From Alphaproteobacteria bacterium (GTDB taxonomy: Bacteria > Pseudomonadota > Alphaproteobacteria > SHVV01), in the NCBI GenBank assembly GCA_965261735.1, contig OZ253470.1, forward strand, positions 576,001 through 640,000: 64,000 nt of DNA, read 5' to 3'. This document shows, in pieces, positions 18,050-28,380 of this stretch (position 1 is its first letter; each line of letters starts with the position of its first letter). Under the pieces are notes generated by a model, which had not been told where the DNA came from, searched no databases, and was given only the letters and a program-made list of their open reading frames with translations. The translations under genes were made by a program, and so were the position numbers.

Positions 18050-20167
18050 TCAGAAGCGCATCAGGCCGCCGGGGATTTCCGCATCCGGGCGCGCGGGGGC
18101 AGGATCCGGCGGCGGTGCGCTCTTCCCGTCCGCCGCCGGCTCGCCCGCGGGAGCCGCGCCGCCGGTCTCGCCGCCGCCCGTGGCGGGCGCGGCGTCCGAT
18201 CCCGAATCGGTCTTCTCACCTTCGCTGCCGGCGTCCGATGCCGGCGGCGGCCCGCTCCCGACGGCGCCCTCGCGGGCTCCGTCCGACTCGCCGAACAGGT
18301 CGAGCTCGCCCTGTCCGAACCGGCCCGCCGGCTCCTCGGGCAGGACCTCCGATGGCGGCGCCGCCTCGCCGGATACGTCGCCGCTTGCGTCGGCCTCGCC
18401 TGCATCGGCCCCGCGCGCCACGAAGCGCTCGGCCGAGGCGGGCCGGTTCACGTATTTCAGCTTGATCGAGGCGACCGGGAGCGGGCCGGGGAACTTGAGA
18501 TAGCCCTCGAGGTTCGGGAGCCGCATGATCTCGGACGGGAGCGCCAGCGAGCGCAGCTCGCGGCGCGGCGTGAGCGAGACGCCATCGCGGATGGTGTTGG
18601 CGCCGTAGGAATAGCCCTCGGCCACCTCCTCGACCTCGCTTCGCCCCAGGCTGTCGGCCGACCACTGCGCGGTGTCGCGATCCGGCGCCGCCAGCACCAC
18701 CCTTGTGCCGCAGAGCCCCGAGATGGTCTCCGCGCCGTTCCGCCCGTAGAGGTCGCGGAGCGCAGACGCCACCTGGACGCCGAGCACGAAACAGCCGCCG
18801 AACTGGCGGGATTCGGCGAGACCGGGCTGGAGCGAGGGCACCTGGTGGAGGGTGGGCAGCTCGTCGAGGATCACCCAGATGCGCCTGCCGTCGTCCTGGG
18901 CGAGCGTGAGCATCGCGTTGACCGCGATCTCGAGCCAGGTCGAGATCAGCCCGCGCAGGCTGGCATGCTGGTCGCCGCGCGAGGTCAGGAACAGGAAGCC
19001 GTCGCCGTCCTCCTTGCCGATCCAATCCCGGATCGAGAACGGCTTGCCGGTATCGGGCAGGAACTCAAGCGCGCTCAGGTGCGCGGTCAACATGGCGCGC
19101 ACCGAGAGCGCGGTCTTCGGGTTTTCCGGATCGACGATGGACTGCGCGACCGTGCCTTCCATCGCCTCGGCGAGCGCCGTCAGGTCGGTCTTCAGGAGAT
19201 GGTCGACCAGCACCTTGTTCTCGGTGACGCCCCGGTTCCAGAACACCCCGGCGCCGTTGGAGAAGAGCTGGCGCGCCGCGGTCACCCAGAACGGGTCGAC
19301 CGTGTCCTTCTGCTGCGGGATCAGCGCGGCCGCCATCATGTCGAAGTCGCGGGGGGTCCTCGCCTCCAGGAACGGCGACCAGCGCGGCGCGCGGGCGTCG
19401 AGCGGGTTCATCAGCACGTCGCGGGCGGGGTCGAGGAAGGCCGCCGTGTAGCTCCCCATCTTGTCGTAGATCACGCAGCGCTCGCCCTTGGCCCGGATCT
19501 GCGCGACCAGGTCGGAGATCAGCACCGTCTTGCCCGAGCCGGTGGTGCCCGAGACGATGGTGTGCTGGGTCTCGGTGCGCTCGGGGTACGGGACGCCGGC
19601 GATGCTGTAGGGCCCCGGACGCCCCGCCCCCGGCAGGGCGTTCCGCGCACGGCGGCGCAGCGGGGCCGTGGCGTTCGCCCGCCGCACCCGGCGGCGCAGC
19701 TCGCCCGCCGTCACCAGCTCGGCGCCCCGGATGCGGCGCCGCCGCGAGAGCCGCACGCCGCGGTACCAGAACCAGGCGAGGAAGAGCGCTATGACCCCGA
19801 GCCCGGCCTTCGCCCCGAGGACCGCGCTCGCGAACATCTCCGCCTTGATCCGCTCGCGCGCCTCCCAGGCCGGCGCCGAGGACGCGATCTCGCGGATCGT
19901 GAGCACCCGGCGCGTGCCGTCGGGAAAGCGGATCTCCTGGCCCGTTCCGGGCTCGTAGCCGAGGACGAGCTTGACCTCGGCCAGCGTATACATGCCGGCG
20001 GCGTACCATTCCGCCCCGCTGGTGGTGCGCCACAGGTTCCAGGCCGGCAGGGCGACGACCATGAAGGCCGACAGCATCATCGCCGCCTGCACGAGCTGCC
20101 CCCACATGCGCAGCCCATGGAAGACGGTCTGCCCGCCCCGCAGCGTGCTGCCGCCGAGGCCCCGCAT
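18050..20167 (-). CDS. traD: Type IV coupling protein TraD
   Basis: N-terminal TM segments, Walker A GTTGSGKT, ILDELPTL, acidic low-complexity tail. Confidence 0.95.
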   Translation of the reverse strand: MRGLGGSTLRGGQTVFHGLRMWGQLVQAAMMLSAFMVVALPAWNLWRTTSGAEWYAAGMYTLAEVKLVLGYEPGTGQEIRFPDGTRRVLTIREIASSAPAWEARERIKAEMFASAVLGAKAGLGVIALFLAWFWYRGVRLSRRRRIRGAELVTAGELRRRVRRANATAPLRRRARNALPGAGRPGPYSIAGVPYPERTETQHTIVSGTTGSGKTVLISDLVAQIRAKGERCVIYDKMGSYTAAFLDPARDVLMNPLDARAPRWSPFLEARTPRDFDMMAAALIPQQKDTVDPFWVTAARQLFSNGAGVFWNRGVTENKVLVDHLLKTDLTALAEAMEGTVAQSIVDPENPKTALSVRAMLTAHLSALEFLPDTGKPFSIRDWIGKEDGDGFLFLTSRGDQHASLRGLISTWLEIAVNAMLTLAQDDGRRIWVILDELPTLHQVPSLQPGLAESRQFGGCFVLGVQVASALRDLYGRNGAETISGLCGTRVVLAAPDRDTAQWSADSLGRSEVEEVAEGYSYGANTIRDGVSLTPRRELRSLALPSEIMRLPNLEGYLKFPGPLPVASIKLKYVNRPASAERFVARGADAGEADASGDVSGEAAPPSEVLPEEPAGRFGQGELDLFGESDGAREGAVGSGPPPASDAGSEGEKTDSGSDAAPATGGGETGGAAPAGEPAADGKSAPPPDPAPARPDAEIPGGLMRF

Positions 20168-20221
20168 CAGGCGGTCCCCGCGGCCGCGGACGGAGCCGCG
20201 GCCGCCGCACCGGCCGCGCGC

Positions 20222-20626
20222 TCACGCCTCCCCATCGCCGCCGCTCCCCTCGGGAGCGCCCGCACCCGGGCCACCGTCCTTCGGCCGCGGCGACAAGACG
20301 TTCACCATGCCCTGCGGCCCGGCGACGACGATCTCGGTGACCTTCTGCGCCTTGCCCTCCCGGTCCTGGTACTCGCGCCGGGCGATCCGCCCCTCGACCA
20401 GCACCGCCGCGCCCTTGGCGACCATCGCCTCCACCGCCTTGACCGCGCCGCCGAAGACCGCGATCCGGTGCCATTCCGTCGCCTCGGCCGGCTGGCCGTC
20501 CTTGCCCGTCCACTTCTGCGTCGTCGCAAGGGTGAAGGACGCCGCCCTCTCGCCGCTGCGCAGCTCGCGGATCTCGGGGTCGCGCCCCGCGCGGCCGAGC
20601 AGCGTCACCCGGTTGATGTCCAGCAT
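20222..20626 (-). CDS. ssb: Second single-stranded DNA-binding protein (no DDDIPF tail)
   Basis: INRVTLLGRAGRDPE, TEWHRIAVFG, VEGRI; GAGGAGG RBS. Confidence 0.9.
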   Translation of the reverse strand: MLDINRVTLLGRAGRDPEIRELRSGERAASFTLATTQKWTGKDGQPAEATEWHRIAVFGGAVKAVEAMVAKGAAVLVEGRIARREYQDREGKAQKVTEIVVAGPQGMVNVLSPRPKDGGPGAGAPEGSGGDGEA

Positions 20627-20787
20627 CGTCGTTTCCTCCTCATCGGTTGGCATCTGCGGCCGTCATGGCGGCCGGGACGGCCCCGCGCCGGGCGCCGCCG
20701 GGAGGCGGAGCCGGGCCGGGGCGGGGGCGAAGGGACGGGGGCCGGAGAGGGCCTCCGGTCCTGGCAATCCGCGCCGCGGCCGCTACC

Positions 20788-21147
20788 ATGGAGACCCTGA
20801 ACATGAGTGGAACATCCACGGACTCCCGCTCGCGCACGACCTGGCGCGAGCGCATCTTCGTGCTCGCCGGGCTCATGCTCGCGGCCCTCTACACGGCCGC
20901 GTCGCTCGCGCTCGGCGCCGGTGCGGAGGCGATCGGACCGCTCTGGATGGCGGCTATCGCCTGGACCGTGCCCGCGAGCCTCGCGGGCGCGCTCCGGCGC
21001 GGCTTCCGCCGCCGCGACTGGTCGGCCTTCCGCAGCTACGAGCTTGCCTGTGGGCGCGACGAGCGCATCGACTGGGCCACCCAGACGGGCCAGTACGCAT
21101 ACATGCCGATCGCCGAGGAGCACGAACGGCTGATGCGCGGGGACTGA
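20788..21147 (+). CDS. Small two-TM membrane protein, candidate entry-exclusion factor
   Basis: Two hydrophobic helices; convergent with the traG 3' end. Start is 20788 or 20803. Confidence 0.6.
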   Translation: METLNMSGTSTDSRSRTTWRERIFVLAGLMLAALYTAASLALGAGAEAIGPLWMAAIAWTVPASLAGALRRGFRRRDWSAFRSYELACGRDERIDWATQTGQYAYMPIAEEHERLMRGD

Positions 21148-21161
21148 GCGCGGGGTCCCTG

Positions 21162-24095
21162 TCACGGCGAGGAGTCCCCCCAGCCCGTCCGGTCCGGAGC
21201 CCGCCCGGTGTCTTCCCCGCCAACCCCGTCCCCGTCCGGGGCGGCATTCTTCGCCGTGCCGAACAGCTGGCCCGCGAGCCAGCCGCCGATGAAGGGGAGG
21301 TTCTCCGTGGCGTGCTCCTCGAAGGGCCTGCCCTCCTCGACGGCGACGCGTACACGTCCCTCGCGGGCCGTCTCCCGCGTGATCTCCGTCCTCGCCCCGC
21401 GGGCGGCGCCGCGCACGATCATGCCGGTCTCCGTCTCCGCGCGTTCGCCGCCCGCGGCCGCCGCGACCTCGCCCGGTATCGGCGCGCCCGCGACATAGGC
21501 GCGGTCGCGCACCCCTTCCGACCAGCCCCCGTAGGCCGCGGCGGTCTCGCCGGCATAGGCGCCGCGCAGCTCGCCTGCCGCACCTTCGTATTCCGCCGCG
21601 CCGCCGACCGTCGCCGGATCGGGCCCGGCCGGCCCACCAGGTCTCGGATGGGGGAACTTCTCGGCGATGAACGCCGCGGCATGCTCGCGCAGCGCCTCGG
21701 CGTCCTCCGGGGTCTGGGGCGAGGCGATCCGCATCGCGCCCGCGGCCCCGATGGCGCGTCCGTCCGCGCCGCTGCGCTCCGAGAGCCAGGCGAAGAAGGG
21801 CTGGCCGAGGTCGCGCTCGATGGCCTGCGCGTCGGAGCGCACCTGGGCCGCCTGCTCCGACCAGCTCTCCGATTCCTGGCGCGACAGCGAGGCGCGTTCC
21901 TGGAAGCTCCGCATGCGCGTCAGGTTGGCGGAAAGGCTCTCGTCCAGGCTCGCCATCTCGCTGTCGCCGGTCTGCGCGGAGTAGCGCCGCGAGGCCTCGG
22001 CGACCTTCGACCAGCTCTCCGTCACCCCGTGCTGGCGGTCGTATTCCCGCATCCGGTTCCAGGCGTCGGACTCGATGGTCTGTCCCCGCCACATGGCTGA
22101 GCCGTCGGCGCCGATCTTCGCGATCAGATTCCACCCGCCGCCGACCTTCGCCTCGCCGGTCAGGTTCATCGCCTGGCTCTTCGAGATGCCGCCGATCTCG
22201 GCCAGCTTGTCGACGTGGCTCTGCAATTCCTGCGCCTGCGTACTCTCGCTCTCCGAAACACCCCTCGAATGCGCCATGCCGGTCGAGACGTCGTGCGAAT
22301 AGCGCTCGACCAGGCCCGTCGCGTCGGTGACGGCGGCGTTGCGCGCCTGGCCCGCCTCCGCCGACCAGTGGCGCGAGACGCCGCGGGCCTCGGCCGCGCG
22401 CTGCTCGTGGCTCGTGGCAAGGGATTCCGAGAGCCGCACGCCGGCGGCGGGGATGCGGCTGGTGGCGGCGCCGGCGTCGGTGACCGCCGTGCCGTCGCCG
22501 GTCACCGTGAACCCCGCTCCGGCCGGCGCATAGCCCGTATAGCGGTCGGTATCGACATGGGCCGAGGTGCGGATCTGGCGGCCTTCGAGGCTCGCGAAGC
22601 GGTGGGTGTCGTAGCCGGTGTTGGCGAGCGAGAGGTTGCCCGTCGTGCCCTCATGGGCGGCCGAGGATGCCGCGTCCTGGCCGACGGCGAGCACCGAGGT
22701 CGCGAGGATCGTCGCCTTGGAGAGGCCGTAGGCCAGCGCCGCGGCGAGGAACGGCACCGACATCGAGAGATAGCCCGACATCACCGCCACGTCGGAGGCG
22801 ACCGCCTGGATCCCGGCTTGGGCGACCAGCGAGATGCCGATATCGCCGCCCGGCATCAGCGCCGCCGCGCTCATGCGCTCCGCCGCCTCGCCCATGGAGA
22901 TGCGGTGCAGCACCGCGTAGAGCGGGCCCCAGGACTGGAGCCAGACCAGCCCGGTCACGTAGGAGCGGAATATCGCCATCCCCGCGGGCGTCAGCATCAG
23001 CAGCACCGCCATCGGGAAGGCGCCGATATAGAGGCACTCGAAGACGATGCGCAGCAGCGGCACCCAGGTCTCGGCCTGGCGCCCGATGGCGCGGTAGGCC
23101 GAGACCGTCTGGGCCTCCGCCCTGGCCTCGGTATAGGCGCTGAGCGCGGCGGCGTTGCCGGCCTCGGCCGCCCATTGCTCGCCGGCGTCGTGGACGGCGT
23201 TCAGCACCATCTGCTGGCGCATGATCTCGCCCGCCGAGCGCGACGCGCCGATCAGGAAGTCGTGGGCGGCGGGCAGCGCCGCGAGCAGCTCGGCCCGGGC
23301 CAGCGCTTCCGTCCGGGCGTCCGGGAAGATGCGCCGCCCGAAGATGGTGCCCGCCCGCGCGATCTCCGCGTTCCACAGGGCGTTCAGCCGCCCGGCGCCC
23401 ACCGCGCAGGTGACGATCTCGCGCTCGATCGGCGTTGCCCCGGTGCCGACGGCGGCCTGGCGGGTCGCGAACTCGAACATGCGCGCGGGCGAGGCGCCCG
23501 CCGACGGCGTGCCCGTGGCGGTCACCAGAGACCAGATGTCGGTCGATTCGCGCAGATCGTCGGCCGAGATGTGGCCGAGCAGCAGCGCGTAGAAGACGCA
23601 TTGCCGGGCGTAGTTGCGCAGGTTGCGCGCGAACACCGCGTCGGTCACCTCGAGCCTGGTCGCGGACGCCGCGAGCCGCGCCCCGAATATGAGACCGTGG
23701 CGCTGGTAGGCCATGTCGTCCGGCAGGGTGAAGGCCTGCTCGGTGAGGCGCGTCAGCCCGTCGCCGACCTGGGACGTCAGCGAGGCGAACAGCGCGAGCC
23801 CCACCGGCACGTTGGCGACCACGGCGGGCGCCAGCGCCGGATCGAGGCGGTCGACGACGCGCACCGTCGCCTTGGGCACGATCATCGCGCCCCACACCGC
23901 CACGAACAGCAGGACCCACTTGGCGTTGTCCTTCCACGAGCCGCCGAAGGCGGTGCGGAACAGGACCCAGCCGAGCCCGGCGGCCCCCGCGAGCTGGGCC
24001 AGCGCCACATAGGCGCCGCCCGAGGTGATCGCGGCCACCGCGTTCAGGAGGTCGACGAGATAGGTCCCCCCGCCCATGGTGAAGAGCTCGTACAT
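21162..24095 (-). CDS. traG: Mating-pair stabilization protein TraG
   Basis: N-terminal TM region, VANVPVGLA, WLQSWGPLYAVLH, long Ser/Ala-rich C-terminus. Confidence 0.93.
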   Translation of the reverse strand: MYELFTMGGGTYLVDLLNAVAAITSGGAYVALAQLAGAAGLGWVLFRTAFGGSWKDNAKWVLLFVAVWGAMIVPKATVRVVDRLDPALAPAVVANVPVGLALFASLTSQVGDGLTRLTEQAFTLPDDMAYQRHGLIFGARLAASATRLEVTDAVFARNLRNYARQCVFYALLLGHISADDLRESTDIWSLVTATGTPSAGASPARMFEFATRQAAVGTGATPIEREIVTCAVGAGRLNALWNAEIARAGTIFGRRIFPDARTEALARAELLAALPAAHDFLIGASRSAGEIMRQQMVLNAVHDAGEQWAAEAGNAAALSAYTEARAEAQTVSAYRAIGRQAETWVPLLRIVFECLYIGAFPMAVLLMLTPAGMAIFRSYVTGLVWLQSWGPLYAVLHRISMGEAAERMSAAALMPGGDIGISLVAQAGIQAVASDVAVMSGYLSMSVPFLAAALAYGLSKATILATSVLAVGQDAASSAAHEGTTGNLSLANTGYDTHRFASLEGRQIRTSAHVDTDRYTGYAPAGAGFTVTGDGTAVTDAGAATSRIPAAGVRLSESLATSHEQRAAEARGVSRHWSAEAGQARNAAVTDATGLVERYSHDVSTGMAHSRGVSESESTQAQELQSHVDKLAEIGGISKSQAMNLTGEAKVGGGWNLIAKIGADGSAMWRGQTIESDAWNRMREYDRQHGVTESWSKVAEASRRYSAQTGDSEMASLDESLSANLTRMRSFQERASLSRQESESWSEQAAQVRSDAQAIERDLGQPFFAWLSERSGADGRAIGAAGAMRIASPQTPEDAEALREHAAAFIAEKFPHPRPGGPAGPDPATVGGAAEYEGAAGELRGAYAGETAAAYGGWSEGVRDRAYVAGAPIPGEVAAAAGGERAETETGMIVRGAARGARTEITRETAREGRVRVAVEEGRPFEEHATENLPFIGGWLAGQLFGTAKNAAPDGDGVGGEDTGRAPDRTGWGDSSP

Positions 24096-24187
24096 GGGCT
24101 ATCGCGGCCCGGCAGACCTTGCGGCGGGGAGGTCCGCGCGCCCCCCGACGTGCCTGCTCCCCAAGGCGGAATGCCGGTCCATCGGCC

Positions 24188-25666
24188 CTACCTGGACCCG
24201 GCGGCGGCGCCGCCGCGCGAGAAGGCGAGCGCGGCGCGCAGGTCCGCCGAGAGCGCGCCCGCGAGCTCGGTCTCGATCAGCCTGAGCTTCTCGACCACGG
24301 CGAGCGCGGTGTTGAAGCGCTCCAGCCCCTCGTTGCGATGGCGGGCGAGTGCGACCCGGTTGGCCCGCAAGCCCTCGCGCCAGCGCCGGAGCTGGTCGCC
24401 GTCGGCGATGTCGAGCGTGCCGGCGCGCTCCTCGACGGTGCGGTGGAGGTCCGTGATCCAGACCTGGAGCACGTCGAGCGCCACGGCTTCGGCGAGCGCG
24501 TCCATCTCCTGGTCGACCACCGCGCCCCGGTAGGCGGCGGCCACGTTGGCGACCCGGTAGACCGGGAGCGTGGTGAGGTTGACCAGCCCCAGCGCCTCGG
24601 TGGGCGGCGCGGTGTCGGTCCTGACCGCATCCACGAGGTCGCGCAGGAGCTCCGCCACCCGGGTCCGGAAGCCCCGGTCGGCGGGCACGCTCACCCGCCC
24701 GAGCGTGGGGTTCAGGCAGCGGTCCGTCGTGTCGCAGCGGTAGACCGGGAGATCGCCGCCGCCCTCCATCAGGATTTCCGTGACGCGCCGGTCGAGCGCC
24801 AGCGGCTCGAGGATGCGCACCCTGGGACCGGCGTCGTCGCCGTCGGAGACGGGCGCGGTGACGATCACCGTGCCGGAAATCGACATGGCGAACTCGGCAA
24901 GCCGGGTATCGCCCGAGAGGAAGGAGGACGCCCTGACCGCCTTCCAGGCATAGTTGACGTTGACCGGGACCTGGTCCGCCATTGCGCCCGAGGCCGACGC
25001 GAGGGTCGAGTTGCGTTTCCCTTCCGACCCGCAGCCGTGCTTCGCCGCCGCGTAGTCGGAGAAGATCCCCTGGGAGGTGCCGATCGCGGCGCAGATCGAG
25101 GCGGACGCCCGGTCGTTCTTCGACCAGGCGGCGCCGACCAGCGCCTGTGCGGTCTCGCAGCTGTTGAGGTTCTGGCTGTTGACCCACTGCGCCAGCGCGC
25201 GGAGCTTGGCCATGGTCTCGGCGATCACCGGCGAGATGGTCTCCAGCGCCAGCTCGAAGGCGAAGCCGGCGGCGTTCTGCGCCACCGCGCGGCCGAAGGC
25301 GATCAATTGGTCGGAGTTGATGAACGAGAAGGCGCCGGCGAAGGCGTCGATGCCGCCGCAGCCGGCCCGGAAGCTCGGCAGGCTGACCGTCGCGATGGTC
25401 TCCGAGCGCACCGGGGCGCGCAAATACAGGTTGCCGAGCGTCCAGTGGCCGGAGGCCTGGCCCGCGAAGGCGGTAGGGCCGGTGGTGTTGACCGCCGCGC
25501 CGCGCCAGAAATTGTTCATTTCCGAGAGCACATCGGCATCGGCGGGCGACGCCACAAGCAGGGCAGCGGTCAGTAGCGCACCGCACCTTCCGAGCTCCCG
25601 AGGGCTCCGGCGGCGGGTGGAGGCTGGGCAGGACCGAACCGTCCGGTATGCATGTTCAATAATCAC
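24188..25666 (-). CDS. traH: Pilus assembly protein TraH
   Basis: AGCGGIDAFAGAFSFIN and LNSCETAQ; GTG start after GGAG. Confidence 0.93.
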   Translation of the reverse strand: MIIEHAYRTVRSCPASTRRRSPRELGRCGALLTAALLVASPADADVLSEMNNFWRGAAVNTTGPTAFAGQASGHWTLGNLYLRAPVRSETIATVSLPSFRAGCGGIDAFAGAFSFINSDQLIAFGRAVAQNAAGFAFELALETISPVIAETMAKLRALAQWVNSQNLNSCETAQALVGAAWSKNDRASASICAAIGTSQGIFSDYAAAKHGCGSEGKRNSTLASASGAMADQVPVNVNYAWKAVRASSFLSGDTRLAEFAMSISGTVIVTAPVSDGDDAGPRVRILEPLALDRRVTEILMEGGGDLPVYRCDTTDRCLNPTLGRVSVPADRGFRTRVAELLRDLVDAVRTDTAPPTEALGLVNLTTLPVYRVANVAAAYRGAVVDQEMDALAEAVALDVLQVWITDLHRTVEERAGTLDIADGDQLRRWREGLRANRVALARHRNEGLERFNTALAVVEKLRLIETELAGALSADLRAALAFSRGGAAAGSR

Positions 25667-26462
25667 GGCCGGTCTCCAGGGCTGTAAGGACGAAGATGCG
25701 TTCGGCAAGCTGGTCCTCGGCCATCACCCCGAACCCCACCGGCAGCACGCGCTTCGTCTTCGTGTCGAACAGCACGACCGCCGGGACCGGGGCGCCGCCG
25801 AGCCCGAGCTTCGCCGCGCGCCCGTTGTCCGGCACCGCCTCGGGCCAGCCCTCCAGAGGCTCGCCGCTCAGCGACACGGCCAGCACGTCGAGGCCGTGGC
25901 GCATTGCAAAGGCGCGCAAGAGCGGGCCGAACACCCGGCAGCCGGTGCAGCCGGCATGGCCGAGATAGATGAGGCCGTAACGCTCGCCGAGATTCGCGAG
26001 CGCCCGGTCGCGGGCCTGGCGGCGCTCGTCGGACCAGAGCCGCTTGGCGAGCGCGCCCACGGGGCGCTTCAGCGTGTAGTCGACCTCCGGCGTCGCCCAG
26101 ACCGTGCGCCGGAAGGCGTCGGAGAAGGTCGCGGCGCGCTGCAACGTCTCCTGCTGAAGGCGCAGATACGCGGCCACGTTTGCCGTCGTCGGCTCCAGGA
26201 TCGCCGCGGCGCGCGCTTCCTCCAGCGCGCGGCGCATCTCGCGGATGCGCTCCGTCGCCGACCGCGTGTCCGGTGCCGCCGGCGCGGGCGCCGGGTGTGC
26301 CTCCGGCGGTTCCTCCGGCCGGTCGCAGTAGAAGTGCCAGCCGAGGGACGGACCCTCGCCCGGAGCCCCACACCAGGAGCGCCATTCCGCGGCGCCCGCC
26401 ACGGAGCTGGAGACCAGCAGCGCCGCCGCCGCCGCGATGGCGTAGTTTGCGGCGCGCGCCAT
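25656..26462 (-). CDS. traF: Thioredoxin-like TraF
   Basis: Signal peptide, GWHFY, CTGC, VPAVVLFD; TGATG overlap with traN. Confidence 0.9.
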   Translation of the reverse strand: MARAANYAIAAAAALLVSSSVAGAAEWRSWCGAPGEGPSLGWHFYCDRPEEPPEAHPAPAPAAPDTRSATERIREMRRALEEARAAAILEPTTANVAAYLRLQQETLQRAATFSDAFRRTVWATPEVDYTLKRPVGALAKRLWSDERRQARDRALANLGERYGLIYLGHAGCTGCRVFGPLLRAFAMRHGLDVLAVSLSGEPLEGWPEAVPDNGRAAKLGLGGAPVPAVVLFDTKTKRVLPVGFGVMAEDQLAERIFVLTALETGRDY

Positions 26463-27607
26463 CACTCGCCCCGGCTGTAGAAGTCGCGGATGCGCTCGCG
26501 CATGGCGGCGCCGGTGTCGCCCCCGTCCGGCAGCGAGATGGCGGGCTCTTTTCCCCCGTCCATCAGGTTTTCCGTGAACTCGGAGAGGTCGAGGCGCCCG
26601 AAGTCGATGCGCTCGACCTCGGCCACCGTCAGGCCGCGGCAGTCCGACCAGCCGACCCCGAGCTGGGAGCGGCCCTGCTCCTGCAGGATGCGCCCGAGCT
26701 TGGAGCCGAACACGCACCAGGCCCGCGCCCGGCGGATGCAGACCCCGAAGAAGGTGCGCTTGGCGCAGTACTTGCCGAGATAGCGGGTGTTGCCGCCGTG
26801 GCGCTCCTTGGCGAGCTCGATCTCCTCGGCGCTGCACCCCGCAAGCCCCACCAGCGCGCCCGAGTTGGTGCAGCAGTTGGCGAGCCCGAACCACCGAATC
26901 GTGCAGACGCGCCGCGCGCCCTTGAAGAAGCGCATGTCGTCCCGGTCGAACTCCTCGCCGCCCAGCTCGATCGCCATGTTGAGGCGCGACGTGGCCTCGA
27001 CGAACCCGGTGTTCGATTGCGACCGCACGGTCTCGCAGCCCGCGCCCACGCAATACCGGACCCCGCCGCAGGAGCCGCCGTCCTCCGCATCGTCGAGTGT
27101 CGCGTTGCAGTCCGCGACGCCGCCCGAGGCGAGGCCGTCCGCGCCATGGGCGGCCGACTGCGGGTTGGCGGCGATGCCGTCGCCGCGCGCCGCTTCGGGA
27201 CCGCTCGCCGACACCGGCCTCTCGGGCCTTGTCGCGGTGCCCTCGACCACCGTGCGCCCGGCCGCGCCGCCCGGATCGTCCGGACGGCTAAGCCGCTCCC
27301 GGGCCGCATCCGCCATGCCGCCCGCCGTCAGGCCGCGCTCCGGCACGTCGGTGCCCACATAGCCCGGCACCGTGCCGGTCTGCGATGCGTCCCTGGCGAT
27401 CGCGCCGGCCGCGGTCTGTCCGGCGCGGCCGATCTCCGCCGCCGCCGCCTTCGGATCCCCGGCCCGCGCCGCCTGGCCCCCCACCACCCACAGCATCAGG
27501 CAGCAGAGGACGAACATGGCGATCCAGGCGAGCAAGCGCACGACCCGGGTTGCGCGGTCGATGAGCACATCCGCCCGGCCCGGACCGGGTTCGCGTTCCA
27601 CGGTCAT
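26462..27607 (-). CDS. traN: Short TraN
   Basis: Cys-rich C-terminus: NCC, YLGKYC, CVFGSKLGRILQEQGR, CRGLT, IDFGRLDLSEF. Confidence 0.9.
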   Translation of the reverse strand: MTVEREPGPGRADVLIDRATRVVRLLAWIAMFVLCCLMLWVVGGQAARAGDPKAAAAEIGRAGQTAAGAIARDASQTGTVPGYVGTDVPERGLTAGGMADAARERLSRPDDPGGAAGRTVVEGTATRPERPVSASGPEAARGDGIAANPQSAAHGADGLASGGVADCNATLDDAEDGGSCGGVRYCVGAGCETVRSQSNTGFVEATSRLNMAIELGGEEFDRDDMRFFKGARRVCTIRWFGLANCCTNSGALVGLAGCSAEEIELAKERHGGNTRYLGKYCAKRTFFGVCIRRARAWCVFGSKLGRILQEQGRSQLGVGWSDCRGLTVAEVERIDFGRLDLSEFTENLMDGGKEPAISLPDGGDTGAAMRERIRDFYSRGE

Positions 27608-28380
27608 TCTTCACCCCTCAGCAATTCGAGATGGCGGCGGGCCACATCGCGCCCGGCGCCGCCCTCGGCGGCGATCGCCTCCAGCGCGGCCGCAAGCCCG
27701 ATGTTTCCGGTGACGCGGTCGTGGGGCGGGGCGGGGTCGTCCGAACAGCCCCGGCTCCGGCACGGCGGCACGCCCCCCGGCACCGCCACGACCGCGGGCA
27801 CGCGCGTCACGCCGAACAGGCGGAACAGGCGCGGATCGATGGCGACTCCGGCGTCGTACCCGCCGAGCCGGTCGCCGACCGCCTTCACGGTCGCGCGCAA
27901 CCCGCCTTCGCCGACGCCGCGCAGCACCAGCGGCGACCCGGTCCGGGCCGCGTCGCGCGCCCATTGCCGCCAGCTCGCCGCCGGTACCGAGAGGCTGGTG
28001 AACAGCAGGATCTCCGCCGTGCCGCCGCGCCCGGCGAGACCGCGCGCCGTGCGCGCCGCGTGGCGTTCGGCCGGAAGCGGCGCGGAGGACGGTCCCGGCG
28101 ATCCCGGAACGGTCTGCCTTGCAGCCTCGCCGGCGCGTTTCAGCGCGCGGTCGATGATCGAACGGGTCCAGTCCCCGAGCCCGCCGTCGCCCGCCTCGCG
28201 CAGGACCTCGGCGGCGAGGTCGCGCGCCGCGCGCGCTTCGGCCTCGCCCGACTTCGCCGTCGCCCGGAAATCGTCCGCCAGGGCGGGGCGGCAGCACGCG
28301 GCCAGCAACAGGGCGCAGGCGAGCCCGGCGAGGATGCGTGCCGTCGGCGCCGTTCCGCGTGGTTTCAGAGTAGGCAACAT
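27604..28380 (-). CDS. trbC: Pilin assembly protein TrbC
   Basis: FTSLSVP, LVLRG, IDPRLFRLFGVTRVPAVV, GNIGLAAALE. Confidence 0.9.
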   Translation of the reverse strand: MLPTLKPRGTAPTARILAGLACALLLAACCRPALADDFRATAKSGEAEARAARDLAAEVLREAGDGGLGDWTRSIIDRALKRAGEAARQTVPGSPGPSSAPLPAERHAARTARGLAGRGGTAEILLFTSLSVPAASWRQWARDAARTGSPLVLRGVGEGGLRATVKAVGDRLGGYDAGVAIDPRLFRLFGVTRVPAVVAVPGGVPPCRSRGCSDDPAPPHDRVTGNIGLAAALEAIAAEGGAGRDVARRHLELLRGEE

